Shown here: positions 36,522 to 47,246 of the stretch, in pieces
Position numbering within the stretch: position 1 is the stretch's first letter
Layout: the number at the start of each line of letters is the position of its first letter
Origin: a virus
Virus record (IMG/VR): IMGVR_UViG_3300024496_000011
DNA: 64,000 nt
Strand: one strand, 5' to 3'
Translations under genes and position numbers: made by a program
Notes under the pieces: model-generated
Database searches by the model: none
What the model was told of the DNA's origin: nothing
Seen by the model: the letters and a program-made list of their open reading frames with translations, nothing else

Positions 36522-37069
36522 GCTTGTCCTGAGATTTGTACTTGTTGGTAATAAAGAGTTCCTGAACCGACACCATATGCAGAAACTTTATTTGAAATCG
36601 AAACACTAGCATCTGTTGGGGCAAATGCAGTTAAAATTCCACTAGAGTTATTATCTACGGTCATTCTTGTTTGATAATAACCATTTATACCGGCACTCGT
36701 ATCAACTGACAAAACTTGTTTATGAGTGAAATCATAATATGACTGACCACCAACTGTTAAAGATACATAATCACCAACCCCAAATGGAACTTGAGTTCCT
36801 TCTGGAACAATAATAGTTGTTGTTGTACCTGTAGTAACTCCAACAACTTTATTTGATGCTTTAGTCAATGCAAGAGTTTCTGATCCACCAGAAGAAATAT
36901 AATAATCAGTGGAAGTTGCTGAAGGATTTCCTCCCACAGAAATATGAGCTGCTCCTCCAACAGCAACCACTCTCAAAACACTTGATTGTACTGAAAATGC
37001 AGATGATGTTGTTGCAGCACCTGCAGTAAATGTAAATGAGGAACCTGCCCCAACTGGTCTGTGAGCCAT
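36518..37069 (-). CDS. putative virion structural protein (183 aa, beta-rich)
   Basis: Late promoter at 37094-37100; position in the head cluster. Confidence 0.7.
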   Translation of the reverse strand: MAHRPVGAGSSFTFTAGAATTSSAFSVQSSVLRVVAVGGAAHISVGGNPSATSTDYYISSGGSETLALTKASNKVVGVTTGTTTTIIVPEGTQVPFGVGDYVSLTVGGQSYYDFTHKQVLSVDTSAGINGYYQTRMTVDNNSSGILTAFAPTDASVSISNKVSAYGVGSGTLYYQQVQISGQA

Positions 37070-37107
37070 TATTTTTAATAATACACTTTTAGTTATTTAT
37101 TATTTAA

Positions 37108-38433
37108 TCAAGTTAAGTCATAAAAACTCAAAGCACCAATACAATTTCCACTTCCAGAAATTGCTCTAACTGCTAATGTAAATGTGTCACTAACTTTTGC
37201 TTGAGTTCTTCCAAGTTGTAAATCCCAATTATATTCTGTATTTTCGTTTAAAGCAGTTGATGCTTTATTTGCAGATGAAATATATTCTGCTCTAACAACT
37301 GTTCCACCAGACATAGAAGTTGCAGTTGTATTTTGCTCCACATTTGGAGATGAAGAATTTACCCAACTTCCGCCACTGAGAGTTGCATTTTTAATGAGAG
37401 CGACTTCATAATAAACTGATGTTGCACTATCTGGAAGTGCATTAATTTGATTCGGAAGAATAACTGCATCTTCTCTTCCTGCTTTGAGACGAATACTTAC
37501 AAGAGGAATAAAAGTTGTAGATGCTACTGAAACTAGTGCATCTTGTCTTGCTACATCTGATGCAACCCTTTTTTCATAACCACCATTAGATTGAATAGAA
37601 ACGCATATCTGTTTCATTGTTGATGTAGATGTTGTGACTCCAGTGTTTAATATTTCATATCTAACTGGAAGTGTAGCAGTTGTCATATATGTACTATTAA
37701 TTGTATTTGCATGATTAAAGATATGAGTAATATGAAAATTACCATCCTTATTTACAAATCCGCAACGAACTGCACCAACACCTAACCACTCATATTCGGT
37801 GAACATAATTTGTGCCATTGATAAATCCAATCTATGTCCACTTGAATTTTTAGATGTTGTTCCCACTCCAACACCATCATAAGTATCAATATTCCATTCG
37901 GATTGTGGAACTTTAATTTCTGTGCTAATACCAGATCTTTCAGTTCTCATTACCCAGTATACTGTGGTAATTCCAGTAGAATCAGTTGCTTGTTCTAAAA
38001 CTACGCCATTTGTTGATGATGCATAACCAACTCTTTGAGTAAGATTTGCTTTTGGTGATGCCATTACAAATGTTTGAAAAACTTGTAATGCTTTACCAGG
38101 TTGATATGAAAATACTCTTTTACTTTCTCTTACAATAGAACAACCTGCAGTAGTACCAATTCCTAATGTTGCAGTACTTTGATGTGTTATAATTCCAACA
38201 GTAGATCCTGCTCCAAGAATTACATCATCAAAATCACCATCTTGAGAATATCTATGAGTTGAGTCAAAAAGAGTAAATGGTTGTGATACTTTTAATCTAC
38301 CAAAAAGATCTCCTGAAAATCCTTGACCTAATGGATCAAAAATATTTCCAAATTTATCTGCTTGTAAAAAAACCTCAAAAAGACTTCTTTCTTGGTTCAA
38401 ATAATCTTGAGTATTCTTATTCCACTGAGCCAT
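37108..38433 (-). CDS. putative virion structural protein (441 aa, beta-sandwich/lectin-like)
   Basis: MAQWNKNTQDYLNQERSLFEV, DLFGRLKVSQPFTLFDS, YEWLGVG; in the head cluster. Confidence 0.65.
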   Translation of the reverse strand: MAQWNKNTQDYLNQERSLFEVFLQADKFGNIFDPLGQGFSGDLFGRLKVSQPFTLFDSTHRYSQDGDFDDVILGAGSTVGIITHQSTATLGIGTTAGCSIVRESKRVFSYQPGKALQVFQTFVMASPKANLTQRVGYASSTNGVVLEQATDSTGITTVYWVMRTERSGISTEIKVPQSEWNIDTYDGVGVGTTSKNSSGHRLDLSMAQIMFTEYEWLGVGAVRCGFVNKDGNFHITHIFNHANTINSTYMTTATLPVRYEILNTGVTTSTSTMKQICVSIQSNGGYEKRVASDVARQDALVSVASTTFIPLVSIRLKAGREDAVILPNQINALPDSATSVYYEVALIKNATLSGGSWVNSSSPNVEQNTTATSMSGGTVVRAEYISSANKASTALNENTEYNWDLQLGRTQAKVSDTFTLAVRAISGSGNCIGALSFYDLT

Positions 38434-38436
38434 TTA

Positions 38437-38757
38437 TCAATCAATCCATTCTAATTTTGATGGGTGGTATCTGCTTGCTTTTTTAATATTGCAGTTCTTT
38501 TCTGCAATTGGATAAATCTGGTGAACAATTGCACCTGGATATTCTGCTTGCAATTCTTCACCTAAAGATTGTTTTGATGGAATACCAGTTCTGCTGGTCA
38601 ATTCCATCCTATAAAGACTTCCATTCCATACTACATCTGCAACATATCCTTCACCAACTGATTGTTGTTCTGGTTGAGAAGAATTGATGTAAAGATTTCC
38701 GTTAAAATCTCCGGAAATATTTACTGATTCTGAGATGAATTGTTGAAATGATTTCAT
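38437..38757 (-). CDS. putative internal head protein (106 aa) with capsid-targeting-like N-terminus
   Basis: MKSFQQFISE; C-terminal module paralogous to part of 45258-47246. Confidence 0.7.
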   Translation of the reverse strand: MKSFQQFISESVNISGDFNGNLYINSSQPEQQSVGEGYVADVVWNGSLYRMELTSRTGIPSKQSLGEELQAEYPGAIVHQIYPIAEKNCNIKKASRYHPSKLEWID

Positions 38758-38915
38758 TGTTCCTCTTCTACTTCTCCAGAAAACATTGAAACTGCAACAG
38801 AAGGTCGGAAAGAATCTATTTTTTCTGCTGATTTTGTGAATAAAAGTTCTTTAATTTTGTCGCTAATCTGAGAAGGTGATTCGTCAGAGACAATCATATC
38901 CATAAGATCATCCAT
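38754..38915 (-). CDS. small acidic prohead core protein (gp67/gp68-like position, 53 aa)
   Basis: Hand-translated MDDLMDMIVSDESPSQISDKIKELLFTKSAEKIDSFRPSVAVSMFSGEVEEEQ; directly after gp20; late promoter at 38944. Confidence 0.7.
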   Translation of the reverse strand: MDDLMDMIVSDESPSQISDKIKELLFTKSAEKIDSFRPSVAVSMFSGEVEEEQ

Positions 38916-38949
38916 TTTTAATAAACTCATAAGTAATCTCTAGTATTTA

Positions 38950-40644
38950 TTAAATTTCTCCACCCTTAGGCATTTCTGCAATTTTACCACTTGCTTCGGT
39001 GGCAGCACCTTGAGCATCTAAATTTGGTTCCATCACTGGTTGTCCCAAATTCATTCCTGCAGGTTGTTGTCCAGGTTCTAATGGCATACCTGTCATTGGA
39101 TCTATTGGTGCATTTGGATCTGGAATAATACCATCTTTAATTTCTTTTTTCATAATTTTATCCTGCTCAAGAATTTCTTCATCAGTTTGACGAAGAATCT
39201 TTCTTCTCAAATAATCTTGAGAAAAATACTTTCCAACATAAGGTTCTGCAATCTGAACCATATTCAATCTTTCATTGAGTAACTCAGCATCCTTGAGTTC
39301 AGCAAAGTGATTATCATATAAGAAGTCATATTGAATATGCTCACTCATAATTTCCCAGTCTTCTGGAGTGATAATATTTTTGAGAATCAATTGCGTTCTC
39401 AACATATCATGGAACATGTATGAGAATCTTTTTCTCAAACGAGCAACAAACTTGCTAAACTTAACTTCATCTCTCAGAATTTCTGATGACCGACCAAGAT
39501 TAAATCCACCTTCTCCATCCATTCTTGATGGTGGGACATTTAGTGAACGATAAAGTTTCTTCTTAAAATATTCAATATCTGTAATCTCTCCAAGGTTTTG
39601 ACCACCAGGAAGTGTAGAGATTTCAGTTCCTCTACCACCTTCTCTTCTTGGGAGCCAGAAGTCCTCAAGCATTGCCATGAATTTTTTATCATCGCGAATT
39701 TCTCCGGTGCTTGCATCATATACCAGTTTATTGCGATAACGCATCATAACATCACGAAGATATTGTTCCGCCTTAACCTTTGGTAGATTACCTACATCAA
39801 TATAAAAAATTCTTCTTTCTGGCGCACGAGACAGACGATAAATTACCAGTGAGTCTTCAATCATTCGCAGTTGATTGAGGGACTTGATTGCTTTATGAAG
39901 ATATGAAAGTGTTGATCCCTTATTCCTATCTACAAGACCTGAGGTGCAATATGTGATAGAATCCTTTGACATTTTAATTCCAGTATTTCCACCTAAAGAA
40001 GATGGATTTGTGGTTGGATATGTCATCTTTGGATTATAGATGAAATATTCCTCAATTTCAGGAAACTCATAATCCATTGGATTATCAGCATTTATATTAG
40101 ACAGTCTATATCTGTTGTTATCTTTCTCATTCTTTTTATGTTGTCTCACATAACGCATTTTAATTGCGTCTATGTAACGAAGTTCTTGAATTCCTTCTTG
40201 TGGATTCTTTAGATCAATTACTTTGTGATAAAATAACCTTCCATCAATATACCAATTCCTATAAATTTCGTGAGATTTTTTATCAAAATCTAAAAGTGAT
40301 AAAATATGTTTGAATTCTTGTCGTATTTTATTCTTAATACCATCACTAGCGTTCAGATTTGAAAGTTCAATTTCTACTGGACTGTCATTTGTATCCGACA
40401 CTATGGCTTCATTTACAATATCTTCAATGGCACTATCACACTCTGGATGAAGTGCCATTTCACGATATCTTTTAATTAAATCAAATTCAGTTCTATAAAC
40501 ACCTTCAATATCTACATATGAACCAAAAAAACCACTACTCAAGTAGTGGTCTGACCCATCCTCATTATTTGGAGGAACGGGAGAGACCGTACTTGGAGAT
40601 AGTGGTTCATTATCCTCAATAGAGAATCCAAATAATTTTGACAT
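38950..40644 (-). CDS. gp20: portal protein (T4 gp20)
   Basis: RNWYIDGR, IYRLSRAPERRIFYIDVGNLPK, EDFWLPRREGGRGTEI. Confidence 0.98.
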   Translation of the reverse strand: MSKLFGFSIEDNEPLSPSTVSPVPPNNEDGSDHYLSSGFFGSYVDIEGVYRTEFDLIKRYREMALHPECDSAIEDIVNEAIVSDTNDSPVEIELSNLNASDGIKNKIRQEFKHILSLLDFDKKSHEIYRNWYIDGRLFYHKVIDLKNPQEGIQELRYIDAIKMRYVRQHKKNEKDNNRYRLSNINADNPMDYEFPEIEEYFIYNPKMTYPTTNPSSLGGNTGIKMSKDSITYCTSGLVDRNKGSTLSYLHKAIKSLNQLRMIEDSLVIYRLSRAPERRIFYIDVGNLPKVKAEQYLRDVMMRYRNKLVYDASTGEIRDDKKFMAMLEDFWLPRREGGRGTEISTLPGGQNLGEITDIEYFKKKLYRSLNVPPSRMDGEGGFNLGRSSEILRDEVKFSKFVARLRKRFSYMFHDMLRTQLILKNIITPEDWEIMSEHIQYDFLYDNHFAELKDAELLNERLNMVQIAEPYVGKYFSQDYLRRKILRQTDEEILEQDKIMKKEIKDGIIPDPNAPIDPMTGMPLEPGQQPAGMNLGQPVMEPNLDAQGAATEASGKIAEMPKGGEI

Positions 40645-40674
40645 GATTTATTGAAATTGGTTTCTGACTATTTA

Positions 40675-41325
40675 TCAGCTAATTTGAACACCAGTTGCAT
40701 CATTTCTAGCTGGACCTTTTCCTGCACTCCAGTATTGAACTTGGAACTCTACAGTATATTCTTCAATTGCATCTGAAGAATCATATGAAAGATCAATTGC
40801 AGAAATTGCAGTTGGGAAAATTCCATCAAATTTGTAAGTTCTTAATGGAGTAACATCAACAGAAGGTTGTGCAGCACCACCATTATTTGTGGTAGAAAAT
40901 CTTCCCTTATCATATCCTCTGCCAAGTTGGTGTACAAAGGCATCGGTCATATAGGAACTTGGATTAGTAGCACCGCTATTATTATCAAGTTTGCTGATAT
41001 TATTCATCCACAATTCAAAAGCACTTCTTAATTGGAAATCTTCATCATTGATGATAGTGACTGTCCAAACATCGAAGGTTCTATCACCCGCAACTTTCAA
41101 AATTCTACCTCTAAAAGGTACATCAATTGAAGCAATATTTGAAGCAGGAAGAGCAGCTGCTTTACATAGAAACTTAAATGTTTCTATTTGATTGCTACTA
41201 CCAGTTTTCCAAAAATTTGTTAATGGAGCTGGGAAAGATGGTATTTCAACTTCAAATAGATTAGGTCTTGCGCCACCTCCAGCAAGTCTTTCTTTAAAAC
41301 CTGTGATTGTTCTGAGAGTAGACAT
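40675..41325 (-). CDS. gp19: tail tube protein (T4 gp19)
   Basis: GGARPNLFEV, FRGRILKVAGDRTF, IEEYTVEFQVQYW. Confidence 0.95.
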   Translation of the reverse strand: MSTLRTITGFKERLAGGGARPNLFEVEIPSFPAPLTNFWKTGSSNQIETFKFLCKAAALPASNIASIDVPFRGRILKVAGDRTFDVWTVTIINDEDFQLRSAFELWMNNISKLDNNSGATNPSSYMTDAFVHQLGRGYDKGRFSTTNNGGAAQPSVDVTPLRTYKFDGIFPTAISAIDLSYDSSDAIEEYTVEFQVQYWSAGKGPARNDATGVQIS

Positions 41326-41359
41326 TTTTTAGTTCCTCCTTTTGATTAATTTAAATTAA

Positions 41360-43543
41360 TTAAACTCTACCAGCAACTTCTTCAAAACTTACGCCTGTGC
41401 GCGTCGCTACAAATGTTAGAGTAACATAGTTAATTGATTTTGATGGTTTGAGGAAGATGTCTGCCCTAAACTCATTGTTGTCAATGACATCTGGAGTGTT
41501 GTTTGTTTCGTCGCAAATCACTAAGAAGTCGTAAATACCTCTCTTTGCTTGTACATCGCGAAGATATGGTTCAACAATATTTACAAAGTTTGCCCTTGTA
41601 ACTTGATCGTTGATTTCAAATAGTTGTGCTTGAGAAGCTTTTTCTAGAGATTGTTCAATGGTTAGGAACAATCTTCTAACATTAATTCTATCAAATGCTG
41701 AGGCATATGCTAGAGCAGTTTTATCGCCAAAGAGGTAAATGCCGATACCAGGTTGACTGATAATTGAGTTAACTCTGGAAGTGTAAAGCAGATCTCTTTG
41801 TGGTTTATTTGGATTATATGCAAGTTTAATTGCATTATTTAATACACCTCTTTGCTGACCAGCTGGTGAATACCATGGGAAGGAATTGATATTCGTTCTC
41901 ATCATTAGACCAGCAATGTCTGCATTGCATGGTACATATCGGAAAAGGTTATTAAACCTATCATAAGTGTACTTATATCCACTATCAAATACTGCATAAG
42001 ATGAAGAGGAAAGTGCGCTGAAGAATCTAACTATGTTTGTTGTTTGTGTAGTAGTATTTGATAAATTAACTACGCCATCTCTGTGAGGAGAAATTACAGC
42101 AATACAATCTTTTCTACCTTCAGCAATTGATATTAACTTATTAGCTTTTGCTTGAGACTCGGATTCATTTGTAAGTCCAGGACCGTTGATCAGAAAATCA
42201 ACCTGAACATCATCTTTGTTGGCAAAAAGATCATATGCAGTAGAAATATTTGATAAAGTCGCTTGCATACCACCAGTAGAAGAATAATCAACACCACCAA
42301 CAAGAGTGTAGGTTACATTTCCAATTGCACTATAAACTATGTTTTGTGCATCTTGTCCCCAAAGACCTTGTGATGTTGTATATGGGGTGTAACCCGAAGA
42401 GAATCCAGTTGCTTTTGGAGAGGTTCCATGATAAGAATCCGCACCATTAGATGGATTATATCCAGCATAAATGTAGGATGAGAAATTTGATAAGAAATTT
42501 TTATACCAAATTTTCTGGGGGGAGTTTACGGAAGATACCGAATCTGCCGCTTTTGAAAGACTTAAATGCTTTTCAAGAACATTTCCCTGAACTCCAGTAA
42601 TTGCGCCAGTATCATCAACGATTGCGATATGCATCGCATCATTCTTACCATTTCTCTGAATTGAATAATTATTTGAAATTGGCTTTGGAGCTATGGACTT
42701 CCAGTAAATTATAGAGTTTGTTAAACCAAGAGTTTGCTGATCATACCAATCTAATGCAGTAGCAACTGTAGATGTACCAGCAGTGGAACCTGAATTATTG
42801 ACAAAAGTGAGAGTGTCTGATGCTTGGAAAGAATCTATTTCACTTCCTTGAGCATATGTTGTTGCAGTCTCCGTATTAGCGGCGGATACTCTGGATAGAA
42901 TCTTTACATCTATACTACTGTTACCATTTGTTGCATCAGTAGTTACTCCAGTAATAATACCTTTTAAGTAACCATTAAATACGGATGTTGAACCTGCTCC
43001 AGCAAGAACTGCATTGCTAATTGGGGTTGTTATACCATATCCAACAATTGCTCCAATTGAACCTGGATTAGTTGATGCAATGGTAATTCTCTGATCTGCT
43101 AGATCGTCAATTAAACAAACTTTTAATTTGTTTCCCCATGATCCTGGGTTTTTTGCGGAAAATGTGAAATTTGTTGCTGTTGCCCAGTTAGCATTATAAT
43201 CTTCATAATTTTTAATCTTTGCCGAAGAAGTAGAAGCTGCGCCAACTCCAGCATTTGCATTATTTAAAGTAGCACCATCTGTTCTCACAACTTTCAAGAT
43301 ACCACCGTATGAAAGATAAGATGAAGCACTCATCCAATATTCATATTGAGCATCAGTTGAAATTGGTTTGCCGAAAGTACTAATTAACTCCTGTTCGGTA
43401 TTAATATCAATTGCTTGCTCAACTGGTCCGATTGCAAAGGGTCCAGCAATTGCACCAATATTATCTAATACATTTTCAGCTCTCCCGACTGTTAAATCAA
43501 CTTCCCTAGTAATTACACCGGGAGACAATTGAGGAGTCGCCAT
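41360..43543 (-). CDS. gp18: tail sheath protein (T4 gp18)
   Basis: SPGVITREVD, PWYSPAG, AFDRINVRRLF, KSINYVTL. Confidence 0.97.
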   Translation of the reverse strand: MATPQLSPGVITREVDLTVGRAENVLDNIGAIAGPFAIGPVEQAIDINTEQELISTFGKPISTDAQYEYWMSASSYLSYGGILKVVRTDGATLNNANAGVGAASTSSAKIKNYEDYNANWATATNFTFSAKNPGSWGNKLKVCLIDDLADQRITIASTNPGSIGAIVGYGITTPISNAVLAGAGSTSVFNGYLKGIITGVTTDATNGNSSIDVKILSRVSAANTETATTYAQGSEIDSFQASDTLTFVNNSGSTAGTSTVATALDWYDQQTLGLTNSIIYWKSIAPKPISNNYSIQRNGKNDAMHIAIVDDTGAITGVQGNVLEKHLSLSKAADSVSSVNSPQKIWYKNFLSNFSSYIYAGYNPSNGADSYHGTSPKATGFSSGYTPYTTSQGLWGQDAQNIVYSAIGNVTYTLVGGVDYSSTGGMQATLSNISTAYDLFANKDDVQVDFLINGPGLTNESESQAKANKLISIAEGRKDCIAVISPHRDGVVNLSNTTTQTTNIVRFFSALSSSSYAVFDSGYKYTYDRFNNLFRYVPCNADIAGLMMRTNINSFPWYSPAGQQRGVLNNAIKLAYNPNKPQRDLLYTSRVNSIISQPGIGIYLFGDKTALAYASAFDRINVRRLFLTIEQSLEKASQAQLFEINDQVTRANFVNIVEPYLRDVQAKRGIYDFLVICDETNNTPDVIDNNEFRADIFLKPSKSINYVTLTFVATRTGVSFEEVAGRV

Positions 43544-43595
43544 GTTTTTCTCCGTAATCTCAGTTTATCTAAAAAATATTTATTAAAAAATTGAT

Positions 43596-45242
43596 TTACA
43601 TATACTCCCACATGTAAGATCTATCCCCATATTCATCTACGAACCATCGATCGCCATCCGAGTCAACAAAACTTTCATTATCTAGACCATCAGATATAAA
43701 CCCAAAAGGCGACATATCCTGTTCAATTTGATTTTTTTGTTCTTCATATAGTCTTTTTCTTACATCTTGATCCGTAAGTTCTTTAAAATAGTCTTGAGCA
43801 ACCAACCAGGCATAAATGACCAAACACATTGCAAGGTCATCATTGCATCCTTCTTCTGCTTCAAATGAATTATGTTTTTGAATAAAAGTGGTTAGCTCAC
43901 TAATTATTTCATAGTCATTTAAATATAATTTATTTTCTTCAATCATAGTCTTTAAATTAAGACATCCAACTTTTTTTACAGTTTTAGACATCTTAACGCC
44001 TAGTTGAGTTTTCTTTCCAGAAAAACCTTGCCCTACAATTTGACCCGCTCTACCTCTCATAGAGCACATAAGCAAATTATTATATTCTAAATCGTATTGA
44101 AGAATACTTGCAACTTGATCTCCAACATCATTTACTTCACATAAAATATATGCACTATTATATGCCACTGCTGTTTCCTGAATGATGCTTGGGAAGAGCA
44201 TTGGTTTTATTTCATTGTTTCTATATTTTGCAACAACTTTATGTGGAAATTGTGTTATATCAACTACGGTGAAGGCAGAATAATCATTTCCAACACCTCT
44301 AGCAACATCAACAGTAATTAAATAATCATGATTTTCTTCTGGATCAACATAAACATCCAACCCAGCACTACGTGTTTTGGGATGATCATAAACTAAAGAT
44401 CTCAGTTTGCTTGGTGCAATAAGAGTATCAACAGACCCTAAAAATTCACATTCAAACTCAACTTTGAATTGTTGTTCACTTGTATTTGCAATAGTCTGGG
44501 CTTTCCATGCTTCGTCTCTACCTGGAACTTCCGACCAATGAACATCAGTGAAAACATATTCATTTTTACCTTTCTCTGCATCGTGCCACATTCGGTAGAA
44601 ATGATTCATACCATGTGGAGTAGAAACTATAATAACTTTAGTTTGTTTACCAGAAGTAATTGTTGGATATACCGAGGCAAAGAATGAGTCTGCAATATGA
44701 TTTGGAACGAACGCAAATTCGTCCAAGAATAGAATGTTAAATGACATTCCTCGAACAGCAGAAGCTGATGTAGATGCTGCTAAAATCTTGGAACCATTCT
44801 CAAGTTCTAGAGAACCTTTATTCCAAGATATAATTCCTTGCTGCATCCACTTGGGTAAGTTTTCATAAGCGGTCTGTAACCTATCTAGGAGCTCCCTGGC
44901 AGTCGCTGCTTTGTTTGCAAGGATACCTATGTTAACATTGTCGTTAAACACCGCATAGTGGAGCAGGAAAGACACTACGGTAGTTGACTTACCTGTTTGC
45001 CTAGGCATCTTACAGATATTAAATCTGTGGTTATGGAAATTATTAATTAATTTCTCTTGGAAGTGATATGGTTTAAAAGTTTGTAAACCATGATCCAAGG
45101 TCACAATTTTTACATAATTATTTGCAAAATAAACTGGGTCATCCTTACACTTAACAAATTCAAGAATTTGTTCTTGGGTAAATTCAATTGGCGTATTTGC
45201 TTTTTTTAGAAGCGGATTACCAAGATAAACATCATTTGACAT
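43596..45242 (-). CDS. gp17: terminase large subunit (T4 gp17)
   Basis: MPRQTGKST, LFLDEFAF, VSTPHG, DVARG, NDDLAM. Confidence 0.98.
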   Translation of the reverse strand: MSNDVYLGNPLLKKANTPIEFTQEQILEFVKCKDDPVYFANNYVKIVTLDHGLQTFKPYHFQEKLINNFHNHRFNICKMPRQTGKSTTVVSFLLHYAVFNDNVNIGILANKAATARELLDRLQTAYENLPKWMQQGIISWNKGSLELENGSKILAASTSASAVRGMSFNILFLDEFAFVPNHIADSFFASVYPTITSGKQTKVIIVSTPHGMNHFYRMWHDAEKGKNEYVFTDVHWSEVPGRDEAWKAQTIANTSEQQFKVEFECEFLGSVDTLIAPSKLRSLVYDHPKTRSAGLDVYVDPEENHDYLITVDVARGVGNDYSAFTVVDITQFPHKVVAKYRNNEIKPMLFPSIIQETAVAYNSAYILCEVNDVGDQVASILQYDLEYNNLLMCSMRGRAGQIVGQGFSGKKTQLGVKMSKTVKKVGCLNLKTMIEENKLYLNDYEIISELTTFIQKHNSFEAEEGCNDDLAMCLVIYAWLVAQDYFKELTDQDVRKRLYEEQKNQIEQDMSPFGFISDGLDNESFVDSDGDRWFVDEYGDRSYMWEYM

Positions 45243-45257
45243 AATAAACTCTACTTA

Positions 45258-47246
45258 TTAGTTACAATTCCAACGACGAAGTGCTTTATTGATCCTTGAA
45301 TCTGGATCCCTTGCGGTTTCTGCTGAGGTTAATCTTTTTTTCATTCCAGACATACGACTGCAAAAATTTTTTCTCCTCTGCGCTCTTTTTCCTGTTGGAT
45401 TTTTTTCAGTTACTGCAGTTTGAAGTTTTGAACCTGGATTCTCACGACGATAAGCATTTACTGCTTTTTGACTAAGACCATCAGTTTTATCTTTACGATT
45501 TACTGATTGCCAATCTTCATCAATTTCAACTTCTTCTCCCATAGTTTTTACATAATTTTTACTTGGACCTGGTTTTGCTGCACTGCCTCCCTGAGGTCCA
45601 AATGCTTGAATTAATGGTTGTCCTGGTTGAATCTCGGAAACTGAATGGTAAACAACCATTGATCCCGGATAAACTTTTTGAAGTTCGCTATTAATTTCTT
45701 TTCTTGAAGGAATTTTTACCTGGGGGAAAAACATCTTCATTGCATAATATTTACCTCTCCAAGAAAGAGTGACTGCAATCACATTGCCAGTTTGCGCCTG
45801 AAGTCTTGTTGCTTCATCTATTTCTATTTGAGTCTTAAAACCTTTAATTGGTTCTGGTTGAATTAAATCAACAACTTCCGCAAAAGTATTCCCTTCAGCA
45901 TCCTCTATGGTTACATCTTCCGCCTTTACGCAGTTTGGATAACGCTTTCCAAACATTGTTTTCATACCTTTCTTTTTATAACCAGGCCAACATTTTTCTA
46001 CCACAAATTCATTTGTAATTTTATCAACTAAGGTTTGTTCTTTAATTTTTGGAAGTTCTGGAGTTGGACCCAATTTTTTAGAAGCAACTTCCTTTTCTCC
46101 TCCAACACCGCTTTTTGCTAAAGACCTTATTTTTTCTCTTTTTCTTGCAGTTTTATGTGATGACGGATCAATGGTAAATCCAAAAGATTCTTCCATTTCT
46201 CCACTTGCAACATAATCTGCTGCAGTATCAATATAATCTGCTGCTTTGGTAATCTTTGATTGAACCCATGCTTCTAAAGATCCTTCACCTTTACCTACCT
46301 TCTTTTCAAGTCTTTTAGCAGCATCAATAATATTTTTAAGTTCAGATCTAGCCATTGAATATTCTTGATCTTTTACAGAAACCTTATCCCATGCTTTTTC
46401 GCCATAAGAACATTCAGATCTTGTTTCTCTTTTATCACATAAAGGACAATATCTTTCTTCTTCATGTGCAGTTTCTTCTGATTTAGTCCCCCAATTTGCA
46501 GCACCAACTTTACGGCATTTTACTAATGCTCCAGATGCATATGCACTAGGCCAAACATCATATCTAGATTTTACTTTATGATAACAAGCGTCCTTTTTTC
46601 CACTACCTTTTCCTTTTTTATCAGATTCTTCATTCATTTTTTTCTTCCTTCCTTGACAATGAGCTCTCTGAGAAAATCCTTTAGGGTTGTCACAATCTAT
46701 AGATTTTTTATATTTATCGGACCAATCTTCTTTAACAGATTTTTCTGGTTTATCTGTAGAAACATATGTTGGTTTTGCAGCTCCTGTTTTTTGCTGCTGA
46801 CCTGGATCTGCTGCTTTTTTTCTTCTTGCTGCAGAAAGTCTTTGTGCTTTAGTCATACTTGCTCTTTTTGATGAAGAAACACATTTTGGTGTTCCCTCAC
46901 CTGGTTCATCGCTTGCACAAGTTCCACCAGTTACAACATTTACCCATCCAGATTTTCCATCCTTTGATTTGGATTTGCCAAACCAATCGCGAAGACCTTC
47001 TTCAGTAACATCTTTAAATTTTTTGTGGTGCTTTTTAGCATCTGCTTCCATTTTTTTCAAACGAGTATAATAATCTGGAATTTCGTCGAGATGTTGTAAA
47101 GCAATATCACGGGCAAGATCGTGGTCTTTAGTATGCTCATGCTCAATTGGTTCTCCCATATCAAGTTGTCTTTGTATAAAAGAAACATCAAGACGATGTT
47201 TCTTTGCAATTTGCTCAACTGTTTTATGGGACTTAAATTTAGACAT
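45258..47246 (-). CDS. modular late protein between gp16 and gp17 (662 aa), probable internal head polyprotein
   Basis: String of short basic, partly Cys-containing modules separated by acidic xxE junctions; own late promoter at 47266-47272. Confidence 0.7.
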   Translation of the reverse strand: MSKFKSHKTVEQIAKKHRLDVSFIQRQLDMGEPIEHEHTKDHDLARDIALQHLDEIPDYYTRLKKMEADAKKHHKKFKDVTEEGLRDWFGKSKSKDGKSGWVNVVTGGTCASDEPGEGTPKCVSSSKRASMTKAQRLSAARRKKAADPGQQQKTGAAKPTYVSTDKPEKSVKEDWSDKYKKSIDCDNPKGFSQRAHCQGRKKKMNEESDKKGKGSGKKDACYHKVKSRYDVWPSAYASGALVKCRKVGAANWGTKSEETAHEEERYCPLCDKRETRSECSYGEKAWDKVSVKDQEYSMARSELKNIIDAAKRLEKKVGKGEGSLEAWVQSKITKAADYIDTAADYVASGEMEESFGFTIDPSSHKTARKREKIRSLAKSGVGGEKEVASKKLGPTPELPKIKEQTLVDKITNEFVVEKCWPGYKKKGMKTMFGKRYPNCVKAEDVTIEDAEGNTFAEVVDLIQPEPIKGFKTQIEIDEATRLQAQTGNVIAVTLSWRGKYYAMKMFFPQVKIPSRKEINSELQKVYPGSMVVYHSVSEIQPGQPLIQAFGPQGGSAAKPGPSKNYVKTMGEEVEIDEDWQSVNRKDKTDGLSQKAVNAYRRENPGSKLQTAVTEKNPTGKRAQRRKNFCSRMSGMKKRLTSAETARDPDSRINKALRRWNCN

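Noticed and set aside
149-45242. Introns or inteins in nrdA, nrdB, gp41, gp43, gp17, gp20, gp23
   Set aside because: All are uninterrupted and of ordinary length, with no Hint (C...HN) or homing-endonuclease insertions evident.
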